Assembly (NCBI GenBank): GCA_012295275.1
Contig: CM022679.1
Span: 30,132,001-30,196,000 of the forward strand
Direction of reading: 5' to 3'
DNA length: 64,000 nucleotides
From: Chrysomallon squamiferum
Lineage: Eukaryota > Animalia > Mollusca
Shown here in pieces: positions 13,011-25,486 of this stretch. The notes below the pieces were generated by a model that saw nothing but the letters and a program-made list of their open reading frames with translations, did no database searches and was not told the origin of the DNA. The number at the start of each line of letters is the position of its first letter. The stretch's first letter is position 1. The position numbers were made by a program, and so were the translations under genes.

Positions 13011-14572
13011 TTATACAAAATAATAATAAAAATAATAATAACAATAATAATAATAAAATTAATACAAAATAATAATAATAACAATAATAATAATAATAAT
13101 AATAGTAAGTAAGCAAGTAAATAAATAAATACAAAATTTATTTTAGCTGCATGAATTATAGACATTTTAAATGGAGTATAATTGCTTGGTCATCTTGAGT
13201 AGGGGAGTTGATGCTGTTCTATTCACAAATTGTTTTTGTGTGTGTGTTAATGTATATTAACAGGTTGATACACAAATTCATTATTTGGCATTTCCTTATA
13301 TTCATAACACTGCCCTTTCAAATTCTCATTGTAGTGTACTACAATGTACATACATATGCAAATACGGACATCAAAACAAAAACTAGATTACTATTAAAAT
13401 TAATTTATTCTTTTTATTTTTGTCTTCTTTTTTTTTCCCCCGCCTGTAATAATAATATTTTATTCATTTCATTATGCTAATATCAACACAGTAGAGTTTT
13501 CAATGGTCACAGTTTGCTTGGTGGATGGATGTGTCTTTAGTTGGAGTATTCATGTTTATCTTTACTGAATAGAGAGAGTGAAAATGGCTGTTCTTCAATA
13601 GTTTGAGCATGTGACTCAGGTATGAATCAGTTCTCTTTAGCAGTATGTTTAAAATATTTCAAAATATCGCTAGTGTACCCTGATTGATTCATCATAAGCC
13701 GTGGTATGTGTTGTCCTGACAATGGAAGATGCAGTGGACATTACTTTATCATTAAATGAAAATAGGAATAACACCTTGTAATTTTAATCATTAATATTAA
13801 AAATAAACGTGTACTGTAATTAAACATTTGTTTGTGTTCATTTCATTTTTAATATGTTTAAGACTTGAACAAATTTAATAATGCTGTATGTTTACAAGCT
13901 GTGAATAAATAGTTTTTCTGTACAGTTTATGGTAAAATTTTTCCATGATCATTAATTTTGATAATATGTGGCATCATTAACTTTAGGTTAAATTTTGACT
14001 ATCTATGTCAAGTAGAAAATGTATTTAAAATAAATTTTCTTCGACAAGAAAAGAAAGATGAAATTTCAATTTCAATTTTAAAGCTAACCAAGGAATTAAT
14101 TACTGATACATAAATATACAGATTTTAATTAAAGTTGCAAAATTATCATTAAAATTTGTTTTAAAATTTTATTCCTATAAAAGAATTACAAATGTACATG
14201 TATATTACACAAGACTGGCTGCGCATACATGCAACATCGGCATTGATCCTAGGGTACCACATGCCAGAATGCACCATCTCATGCATTGAAGATCTTCAAA
14301 TTATATAATACTGAAGTAATAAATAAAATAAAATAAATTAAAAAAGTGAAAATCCCTTGTTGAGAATCTTATTATTAATTCTTAACATTGTGAACCACAC
14401 TGAAAAATAAATGACAAAGGACAATTACCCAACCATCAGTAAGGTCACCCATATTAAAATAACCAGGTTGCTGAAAACTCTAAGGTCGACCCTCTGCATA
14501 TGTTTTTTAATCTTGATTCTGGTAAATTTTCATACATAATTTATTTTCGCGGCATTTACAGACCTAAAATGT

Positions 14573-15595
14573 TCACTCTTTCAGTGCTTCAGTGATGTGT
14601 TGGGCTAAATTAGCTGACTCAAGCCCCCGGGCTAATACTCCAACAGTTGCTGAGGCAGCAGATGTTTTCCAGTACTGCAGACATAAAAACACTTTCTCTG
14701 TCAAAGTCTTTTTAATATTGTCACGTAGAATTTTGTCACAATAATCTTCGTTCACTCCCAGATTTCTTACTGAAATGGAAAATACAATTTCTGTAAAATT
14801 AATATCAAATATAGAATAAGATTGGTGGTTTCATATTTTTTTTTTTTTTTTTTTTTAAATGGATGTGGGTGTTTTAATGTCAGTAATGTGATGGATATAA
14901 TTTGGAATGTGAAAATTATTTTATTACAAAAACAAAACAGGGTGAAATGTGCTTGGAATGTAGGAGTGTTATCCTTCCTGAATCTGCAAGTGAAATGCAA
15001 ATTTAAAAAAAAAGAAAAACAACATTAACAATAACTAATAATAATAATAACAGTAATAAAAACAGTAGTGATGATGATGATGATAATCTGACAGACTGTT
15101 TTTTTTGGGGGGGAGTTCTTCTATTTGTCTGTTTTGGGGATTTTTGACTAACATTCTTGCACTTTCAAGTAATATTTATTAAAAATGGCCAACTATAAAA
15201 TTCACTTACTAAGTTTTCTCCAATCTGTCTGCAGTAACTGAGCCAATTTTCCAAGTTCTTCATCTGTCACTTTGCGATTTGATACTGAAATGAATTTTTT
15301 TTTTAAACTATTGTTTATATCCAGTCATGAATCTCCCTTTTTTTTTTTTTTCTAAAATCAAGATTAATAAACAACAAAAAAACAAAAATAATAATAATAA
15401 TAACTCGTGCAAGAGGTTTTTTTTGTTTTTTCTATTTAATTTTCTCATTTTTCTAGCAATAAATACATTTTTGTTTTGTTCACCATAATAGAGTTTTAGT
15501 GTATCAATGATTAGTTTATATATAATATTACATGTAGATACAAACACATAAACAGGTTTAACCGAAATACATCATTTTATTGATACACGTAGGTA

Positions 15596-15637
<42 letters not shown>

Positions 15638-16405
15638 AATATGCACATGTGTGTGAATGTGTATAAATACAGTTTAAATTAACATCTTTTTAGATAACTG
15701 TTCTTATTACAGAAAAAAAAGACAACAAAAATCTCAATTTAAAAAAAACATCTTTCAATTAACACTTTATTTAAGATATATCTGGTTTAAATAATGAAAG
15801 CATTACACATACTCAGAATGGATTGGTATGCTGGAGGTGTTGGTCGAGAAGTACCGGGCTGCTGTTTCTTAAGATATTTTGGTGCAATATACATTGCTTG
15901 ACTCCCGTTAAATTGTATGACACCCTCGCTGCCTCCCTTCTGTATGTAATACACCTCTCTCTCACGTGTTCTGTTGTTTATGCAGTCGAATACATTGAGT
16001 GAAATATCACGATCCAGAATGTAAATATACTGTTTCATTATTGTGACTGAAAAATAAAAAGGTAAGTAATTCATTTTTATTGTCAGGTAATATATTCGTG
16101 TGTTGTGTGTGTGCATGTGTGCCTGTGTAAATTGTTATGCACAAAATTTTTTTAGATTTTATTATTATTTGGATTTTGATATTTGAAGTTATTATTATGA
16201 AATCTATTCTTTTGTTTCACAATTGTTGCTCAATGCAGTATTGTTTATTATAAATTGTTCCTATTGACTATAATGAGGAGAAAAATTTCTTACAAACTCG
16301 TTCTCTTTGTGAACATTATCTAAACACATATATTGGACTTCTGCACAAATTTACACAAATACCTGTGTACAAAATGGAGATGGTATACTTACCGTTCGAC
16401 TCCAT
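14573..16405 (-). CDS. 172-aa death-domain protein with N-terminal RHIM-like segment (IMD/RIP-like adaptor candidate)
   Basis: Exons 16405-16393, 16046-15813, 15284-15210 and 14769-14573, all phase-1 GT-AG junctions, 519 nt open. The C-terminus VTDEELGKLAQLLQTDWRKLIRNLGVNEDYCDKILRDNIKKTLTEKVFLCLQYWKTSAASATVGVLARGLESANLAQHITEALKE matches the death-domain pattern (W..L.R.LG, E.....L..W, ATV..L...L). A probable 5' UTR exon ends at donor 17040. Confidence 0.8.
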
Positions 16406-17039
16406 GTTGCTCTTATCTTTTTATTTTTTAATCTGAAAAAAAAAAAAAAAAAAAAAAACTTATAAATAATTATAGTAATTTTAATTAAAAAAAAAAAAAA
16501 AAGTATTTGGTATTCAGTTGTTGCTGGTTTAAACGAAAGAGTAAACAACTTTTGTATCATTAATATTTTTTCAGAATAAATGTTTATGCTAAGATAATAA
16601 AATAAAATCACAACTACTGTTGTAAGTGCTAATATTAGAACAAGTAATAGTAGTAATAATCAGTTTATCATTATTTTGTTACTGTATGTTTTAATTATAA
16701 CTATAGTCTATAATCTACACTGTAGACTAGAGTACAGTAAATGAGTAATGGTGTAAGTGTAAGTTGACTAAGCTGATGAAAATCGCCAACATTATAATTA
16801 ATTAAACTCAATAATAATCATAGTACGTATTAGCAGATGGATTAGCTGTCTGTCATACATTATAAATACCTTTAATATGATATGATATCAACAATGTACA
16901 GTTCTAAAATAATAATTAACTCAAGATACGATCTGTACAAATAACTGTAAGAAAATATTTTCATGGGGGAAACCCCATATTTTAAGAAGCAAATGATATT
17001 TGCCTTTCATTACTAACGTATCAAAATAATTGTACGTAC

Positions 17040-17252
17040 CATAAATGCTTTAGAGATGTGAAACTAATTGGATTTCTTTTCTCACGATTGAATTCCTGTA
17101 TATTAAGCTTAACGGAATAATGATTGAGCCATTAAGAACATTATGTTGTTATACGTCAATAAATTGTGGATGTTGTATAACTGTTAAACTGTATTTAGAT
17201 AGTAGTGTCACTTTGTTGAAAATCCAACCTTTCCAAAAGAAGAGTTACAAAA
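17040..17252. promoter_or_regulatory. Compact bidirectional promoter shared by the death-domain gene and ICT1
   Basis: Minus-strand donor G|GTACGT at 17040 and plus-strand ICT1 ATG at 17252, about 210 bp apart. CpGs are retained locally. Confidence 0.55.
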
Positions 17253-19804
17253 TGTTCTGTCGCACCTTGTGTAGTTTATGTGCACGTTCTTGTCGCCAAG
17301 TGGTATTATTAAATAATTTCCATTCGGGACAGTTGTCGCTGTGTTACAAAAGCCAATATAGTCTTGACAAATTGTATCCAAAACGCAGTGGAAGCACAAA
17401 TGTCGACAGTGCAACAAAAGTTACCCCAAAGGTATGTTCTCTCTACATGATGATGATCTACAATAAGTTGAATAACCATTTATTTTTTAATCGTGATTTA
17501 CCCATTTTTACGAGTAAACAAATGTGATATCAAGAAAATTACTTGATATATTTGTTGTTCCATAATTAAGTTCCAGCTAAAATCTACCTAGATGTTTTTA
17601 TCTAGTCTCCAAAAAAGTGATATTTTGCTGTTAATGCAAAAATAATTGCCATCTTTCACTTTAAATGTACTTCTTTTTTTCTTCTTTTTTCTTCCACCCC
17701 ACTTTTTGCACTAAAGCAGCAAGGTCAAAATAATGACACTAGATATATAATTTAAACATGGCATTTACGCAGTCTTTCAGTATTTCACAAACAGCAAAAG
17801 GCCATATGACAGAAAATTATTGAACTAAAGACTAAACTTATGTTACAATTAACAGGCTTCTTTATTTTGATTTTTAATGCATACATACATTTTTTTTTTC
17901 ACAGACATTTTCTCTTTTGTAGGATGGGTCTGCTGCAGAGGGCAAGCCACATTTTTCTGGTATAATTCCAATAGGTAACAAAAATTTATAAATATTTAAG
18001 TTTGACATGCTTATCTTCCTATCTTGTTTTGGTACTGGTAAATGTTGAAAATATAATTTCTCTGTGATAGTCTTTTAAAAATTAAAGTTAAAATTAATTA
18101 TCTTGCTGCAATTTGTATAATTAGGGTATTTGTTATGATCAGTATATATTTGTTATTTATTGCATAATAACACAGTAATTAATCTCTTTATCTGTGTGTG
18201 TGTGTGTGGACAGGTGTGGGATTTAACCAAGTTTAAGATGACAAGAAGTAATATAAAACTTAAATTAATTTCAGAACAGCTAGACATAAAGTATCTGCGT
18301 GGAAGTGGTCCTGGAGGACAAAATGTAAACAAAGGTATTAATCAAGTGTTTTATTTTTGAAAAATAATTTCTTCTTTTGTTGTTAATAATATTATTACTT
18401 TATTGACATCATCTTCTTTTTGTTGTTCTTGTTCTTGTTGTTATTAATATATTATTACTATTGCTATGCTGTTATTATTGTTGTTTATATATAAATATAA
18501 TTATTATTTTTGTTGTTTTTAATTTCAGTGAACACAAAAGTGGAAGTAAGATTTCACCTGGAAAGTGCTGAGTGGATTCCTAAATGGATCAGAGAAAGAG
18601 TTCTTGAACAGGTAAATAATTTCTAAATAATAATTTTTTTATTATTATTTTTTACCTGTCTATGAGAACAAAAAAAAATCACTAGCTGCAAGAAGATAAA
18701 AATAAAAAAATAGGCTTGCTGTAAAGAATGATTGAATTTTTAACATCCAACAGCTGATGACAGAAAATTTGTGTAATATTCTATGGTGGGTTTATGAAAC
18801 AAAATAAATTTTAATTTTTAATTAGCTGATCATGAAAAATTTTCCAGAGTACATTTGTTGTGTTGATAAACCGACTTTTAATTTTTAACAAGTTTTTTTG
18901 TTGTTGTTGTTGTTGTTGTTGTTTTTGGTGTTATTTTCTCTCTTTTAGGAGCAAGGTAGAATCAACAAGGATGGTTATTTGATTGTGACATCAGACAAGA
19001 CGAGAAAACAGATTTTAAATCAAGCTGACTGTATGGACAAACTGCGAGTTATTCTCTTCAAAGCCAGCAGAGTCCCCAGAGGCCTGACTGAGGAGGAAAT
19101 AGCATTAAAAGAGAAAAGGTGATTTAATGTGACGTGTTGAATAATAATTATTATTATTATTAAATAAATAAAATAAAAGTATTGTCTTCGATAAATCAGT
19201 TATATTTAATCAGTACCTTACAGGCAGGAGTGATGTCTCAAAAAATTTCATTCTTGTTTACACATTTCTTTTCATGATCTGTAATATCTGAACGCGTTTT
19301 GGAATTGAATGAACTGAATATTTGAAGCAAATGTAGACAAATAATTTTATAATAATTGAAATCATTAATAAAACTGATGCTTCATAAAAGTGAAGTAAGT
19401 AATTAATTTTCTATTTTGGTTAAAAAAAACAAAATTTTTTTTATGTTTAACAAAATGCACAGTATGAAAAATGTTGACATAAAAATTATGTATAGAGTTC
19501 AGTTAATGTTTTTTATACCAAATTATAAAATTCTAAATAAAAGTTTCTTATTCCATTTAAATTTTTATAATTCTTAAATTTGTAATTACTTTATATATAT
19601 ATATTTTTTTTTTTTTTTTAATGTCACATTCTATTTTCAGAATCATATTTTGTGATAAATTTTTTATTTTTTTTTTTATTTTTTTATATATATTTTTTCT
19701 ATTTTTCCAGAATTGCTGCAGCTAAAAAAGAAGTTTTAAGAATAAAACGAGACAATTCACTGAAGAAAGCTTCTCGACAGTCTCCATCTTTTGCCCAAGT
19801 CTGA
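17252..19804 (+). CDS. MRPL58: Mitochondrial peptidyl-tRNA hydrolase ICT1 / mL62 (MRPL58)
   Basis: Exons 17252-17431, 17923-17974, 18275-18334, 18529-18611, 18949-19118 and 19711-19804. Arg/Leu/Ser-rich presequence, [50 protein letters not shown] (GGQ motif), SDKTRKQILNQADCMDKL and a basic C-terminal tail. Confidence 0.95.
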
Positions 19805-20790
19805 TAAACAACAAACTTGTAGACTCAACCATTTAAAAATTTACATAACCTCTTTATATTAACACAACTTTTTAGAAACAGTTTAACACCTGTTGTAGAT
19901 CACTGGAAATCTATTTATTATAAAATGAAAACCAATGTTTGATATGTAGGTTTTGTCCTAAGAATGTTTTTGATTCATCTGGAATGCAAAAACTGTATGT
20001 TAAATTTTCACCCACTTTTCGTAAAGGAATTACATGAATTAAATTGAAAGATCTGTATTTGTTGTTCTTGTTTAATCTTTTTATTTGTAGTAGTAGTGGT
20101 AGTATTTTTTTTTTTTTTATTATTATTTTTATTATTATTTACATTTCTTATTTACATGGTACCAAAACCCCAAGCTAACAGAATGGAAAGAATACACGTT
20201 TAAACCATTCTAATGTTAATGGCCATCAAATGTTCACAGTTATGGTATGTCTATTGGAATTAGCTGGGAGCAAATTTTGTCTCATTGTGTTTTGATCATT
20301 AATAAATGATAAATTGCAGTTTATGTAGAATCAAAGAGTTATGAATGGAATATTAAATAAACTGAAATTTCATACGTTATCTCATTTAAAATCCTTTTCT
20401 CCAGCATTCTTTTATAGAGTATTTTATTTATTTATTTCATTTTATTTTATTTCAGTGATTTTCTTTTCATTATTTAAAAAAAATATATGATGAATAAAAA
20501 AAATAATAATTTAATATAATAATTAAACTCGGTAAAATTATTCTTTAAAGATAAATACATCAACGAAATAATAGCATTTCCCTTTTTTGTAACTGGAACT
20601 GACCTAAAGTTTCTTCAAAATAAATAATTATTTTATATTAAAAGACAGGAAGGTAACGTTGAAAAATGGTGAAAATGTATTAGCTGTATTAGTGGTAGTA
20701 GTGGTCGTGATAGTAATATTTATACACGAGATATAAATAAATATACATTAATAAATAGAAACGTCAGCAACTGCGTGATGCATATATCAT

Positions 20791-20808
20791 CATTATGACG
20801 TCATAATG
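20791..20808. promoter_or_regulatory. Perfect 18-bp palindrome containing a full CRE (TGACGTCA) upstream of the TSSK gene
   Basis: CATTATGACGTCATAATG, ~115 bp upstream of ATG 20922. A second TGACGTCA lies at 21489-21496 in intron 1. Confidence 0.65.
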
Positions 20809-20921
20809 CTTGTTTCGCAAAGAATTACCGAAATTCCTAGCAGAAACATCATAATGTCTCTCGAGATATTTAAACCTTAATAAAATCGGATCCGATTCCG
20901 AATTAGTCCAACAACCACTGA

Positions 20922-22012
20922 ATGGAAACCAAAGAAGAATATGCGCCAGACATAATTCGCATCGAGAGCGATTTTTCTCTCGTATCGAAAGACGAGGGAT
21001 GGAAACCGAGCAAAAGCATCAAATCGTCTCTGGAAAGCGTTGGCTACACTGTTGGCGCTACCATTGGCGACGGACTCTACAGCAAAGTGAAAAGAGCTCA
21101 CTGCAGCAAACTGATGAAAGACGTGGCCATCAAAATCATCCAGAAAAAAGAATTTCTCCAGACGTTCTGAATAAATTCATACCGCGAGAGGTTGCGTTAA
21201 TGCAGAAGCTGCAGCACGATTCGCTGGTAGGACGTTCAGTAATTAAACATTTCAGATAAATGAATTAAATATATATATATATATATATATATAGGCATTA
21301 AAATATTTAATTTAACACGCTTCATAATTAACAGTAATTGTTACAGTTCAGTTGCAGTAATAGTATTAGTAAGAATAATGATTAGTCAGAAGTTATCATA
21401 AAAGCTGAATATGGAAAACAGTTGTAAGATTAATATTTTTGTCGTTACAGCAGAGGATCTTCTCTCGGCTAACCATAAAGTATAGCTGTGACGTCATTTG
21501 TAAGAAAGATTCTTTAATTTTATTACATTAATATTCATCAGGTGGTTCTACATGCTGTGTATGATACGACTAGAATGATATATATGGTAATGGAGTATCT
21601 CCCAAACGGAGATCTTCTGGAATATATAAACAGATTTGGCGCGCTCCCTGAAGTTGACACGCGAAGAATCATGCATCAGTTACTGAATGTCGTTGCCTAT
21701 CTACACGACAATCACGTGTACCACAGGGATATCAAGCTAGACAACATTTTGTTGGATGAACACTATAACATCAGACTAGGAGGTTCCAGTTCTTTTTCCT
21801 CTTTTCTTTTTATTTATTTTTATTTTTATTTTTTTTTTATTTTTTATTTTTTTATTTTTATTTTTTTAAAATAAATATCATCCTTGTGTACAGAAATTTT
21901 TATAAAAGCATTACCTGTTCATTTTATATATTTAATGTCAAATGAAGATTAATCGATAAGCTCTAAAGTTGTTGAAAAGAATACCACTTGACGTTAAAAA
22001 GAATAATGAAAA

Positions 22013-22101
<89 letters not shown>

Positions 22102-23454
22102 GAGAGAGAGAGAGTTAATTTTTGTTCAGTAGGTATACATTTTTATCCTAAGTTGTTTTTATAACTGCTTTTAATGAAGAAATACTTCGTTATTAAATTA
22201 TTTCTGGATCGTAGGCTGCAGAAGCACCAGTTATTAATTTATTTAAAGATGTAATTCTTTAATCATTGTTGATAGATATATTAACACTTATCGTATGAAT
22301 TAAAACACCTCACAGCAATATTACATCATCCTATATAAATAATTTTACTGCTTTAGATTTCGGTTTTGCTCGGTACAACCCTTCAGATGACTTGTTGAAA
22401 ACATACTGTGGTTCATACGCATACGCCGCGCCGGAAATACTAAACGGTGAAAATTACATTGGATCGCAAGTAGACGTTTGGAGCATGGGTAACAGTCTAT
22501 TTGTAATTAAACACTGTCTGCATTTCGCCGTGGCATTACAATAAATCAATTTTATGCAGATAAATAAATAAATAAATTAGTTTTATTTAAATAAATTAAT
22601 AAGTTTTACATGAGTGCATGCTCTACTGTTGTTTCACAACTCTGTTACTCATTTATTTTTTTTTAATTATTATTCTTTCATCATTATCTTCTCACCATCA
22701 TCATCATCTTCATTATGACTATTATTGATGCTATTTTCTTTTTATTGTTGTTGTTATATTTATTATTACTACTACTACTGTTACTATTACTACTACTACT
22801 ACTACTACTGCTGCTGCTACTACTATTATTATTGTTGTTGAGGTGTGTGTATGTACACGATGTTAAACGGCAGACTGCCATTTCGAGATGATGACCTCGA
22901 TGTTCTCAGACTTGCTCAGCAGGAGAAGGTGAAGTTCTACAAGCATGTGGGTAAAGGTAAGCTGTCAGCCTTACCAGAAAGAAAAAAAATACTTTATGCA
23001 CAATTACGCTGACAGCCTAAGCAGAAACAAAACTTTTTGTAAAATTAGGCTGTCAGCGATAGCAGAAAAAAAAAACTTTAGTTAAAATTAGGCAGTGGTT
23101 GTTCTTTGACTACAAACATATCCGCACCTAGAAGCAGATGCATACTCGAACATACACACCTATATATAAACATTCGTGCACGCAAATAATATGCATCTAC
23201 GTTCATTTGCAGACGGCAGAGATCTTCTGAGAGAATTTCTGAACGTACTTCCAAACAGACGCATCACAATCCCCGCGGTCAGACGATCTCTCTGGATGTG
23301 TAGACCAATGAAAAGTCAGCCTCAATCCATGTCCTGCCTTTCGGCGACTGCAGGTGCGTGCTTTAACACAAATAGATCTTCACGTGTTAGTTTACTATTA
23401 ACATCTAACCGTACCTCATTGGTAAAGCGTTGAAATTGGGAACAATAGGTCACG

Positions 23455-23502
<48 letters not shown>

Positions 23503-24172
23503 CCTTACGGACGAAAAAAGAAAAATATTAAACACCAAAATAATCACCTTTGACACAATGCTGTTACTATTATAAATGAATTAAAATTGAAAATTTGTTC
23601 ATTCAAGTTTTGTATAAATTGGAAAAGTAAACCAGCAAAATATCACATTATCAACTGCTGTTTTCATTTCTTCAGAGATTTAAAATATTTTAGTCAAACT
23701 TTACCTTCAACCTGAGATGTCTTAACTATATATCCCACTTCTACAAGTCAAATTAAATCGATTTATCCAAGTTTAAACTTTTCACCATTAATTCTAGCAA
23801 ATGTACCAAAATCTACTTCTCATGTTGTAGATAATAAAGAAAACATAGTATCAAATATTCAAAATATACCTGTTGTATGAGTCTAAAGTTTTATAAAGTT
23901 GATCGAGATTGAGTTTCTGAAAATATGAATTATGGATGTTAACATCGCAAATTCGAAACGAAATAAACGTGTCCTGATATTTCAGTGGCCTCAAATTTTC
24001 TAAAAAATGAGAAATTTGATCCAAGAATCGAGCACGGTTTTGCTTGTGATCAGAAGACAAAAGAGGTGACACCAAAAAAGGTTTCCAGCGTCCTGAAAGC
24101 AGTTGCAATCAACCACAGGTGAGAAACACAGCTGTATAACAGAGGTGACAGCACAGCAGTGAAATAATAACA

Positions 24173-24215
<43 letters not shown>

Positions 24216-24489
24216 CCAGAATAAAATGGAAATCTAAGCATTTTCTCCTGAATATTTGATTAAAATTTAAAATTTAAAAGAAAAAAGATAAAAGTATTTA
24301 TTTTATTTTATTTATTTATTTATTTATTTATTTATTATTTATTTTTATTTTATTTTTATTTTTTTGTATTATTATTTTTATTATTATTATTATTATTATT
24401 TTTTTTTTTTTTTTTTTTTTTTTTTAGATCCTTACTGTTGTTTCTGTCGTCATTTTAATTTAATTTAATTTCTTCTTCTTCTTCTTACT

Positions 24490-24520
<31 letters not shown>

Positions 24521-24809
24521 TTTTATTTTTTTTTTTTTTTTTTCAGCATTGGAGAAAGCAGCATTGACCTTGAGGAAATAGTTCCGTCTGAAACAACATC
24601 ATCTGTTGCCTTGGTTACCGGTGTCAATGGCCCTGTAGGTCGCCGCATTAGCTCAGATTTAGGGATAACGTCAGGTAAAAAATTTAATAGTTTGCACATT
24701 AGAAAAATATGGATTTAGGGAATACCTTGAATAAAGAAAACATTAAAACGTCCGTACGTTTAGTAACAGCTCTGAGAGATACAAAGAACAAAAATTGTTA
24801 TTTATTTAT

Positions 24810-24846
<37 letters not shown>

Positions 24847-25486
24847 TGTATGTATATGTATGTATGTATATATGTTTGTATGTATGTATGTATCAATATA
24901 TTTATTTATAAATAAATAAATAAATTGTTGCTATTGTTTCTGTTCAGCTAATTAGGCCAATTACTTTTTTCATTTTCAATTTATTTACGGTATTTAGTTG
25001 TTATTTAAATGTTTAACTCAGATCTCTGGTATTTTCAGCTCTTGAATTGGCCGCAGAATGTGAAACATCTGCCGACTCTGGCGATGCAAGACCAATGTTT
25101 GGAGACCAGACCGAGAAATCTAGAACGGGAAAAAACCGTTTCACAAGGCCAGGAAGGCTGTGAGTAGATTCAAGGCTGCAGCGAAGTCAATATACGCAAG
25201 CAAGCGAAACGAACAAGGCCCAATAACGACTATACTGAAAATACCTCAAGAGAAGGCGATGGAGAAAATGATCAAAGAAAAACACAAGATCAAAGTCCGC
25301 GAAATGAGACTGCTACGATATTGCACTTCCGGCAAGGTGGCACGTTCAGTTACCTCGGGATCCAAAAGCGATGTAGTCCTACGACAAAGAAGTTTGACGT
25401 CGCAGAAGAGCATACCTGAAATAAGGAAGAAACGAAGAAACATGTGGGATGTTGCTGTATCAGTGTTCGGCCCTGATAACGACTGA
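20922..25486 (+). CDS. Testis-specific serine/threonine kinase (TSSK family) with long basic C-terminal extension; two single-base frameshifts at A6 runs
   Basis: Exons 20922-21226, 21542-21782, 22357-22488, 22843-22956, 23213-23353, 23986-24118, 24547-24674 and 25039-25486. Motifs IGDGLYSKVK, VAIKII, KFIPREV, HRDIKLDNILL, DFGFAR, TYCGSYAYAAPE, DVWSMGV and GRLPF. The frame is restored by adding one A at ~21144-21149 and one at ~25130-25135. Confidence 0.88.

Noticed and set aside
12941-13165. Poly-Ile/Leu/Tyr/Asn and (HT)n/(CV)n ORFs throughout the window
   Set aside because: Translations of (AAT)n, (CA)n and (GA)n microsatellites.
23675-23880. P/S/T-rich coding-like stretch in TSSK intron 5
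   Set aside because: Internal stop, incompatible phase and no recognisable homology; possibly a TE remnant.
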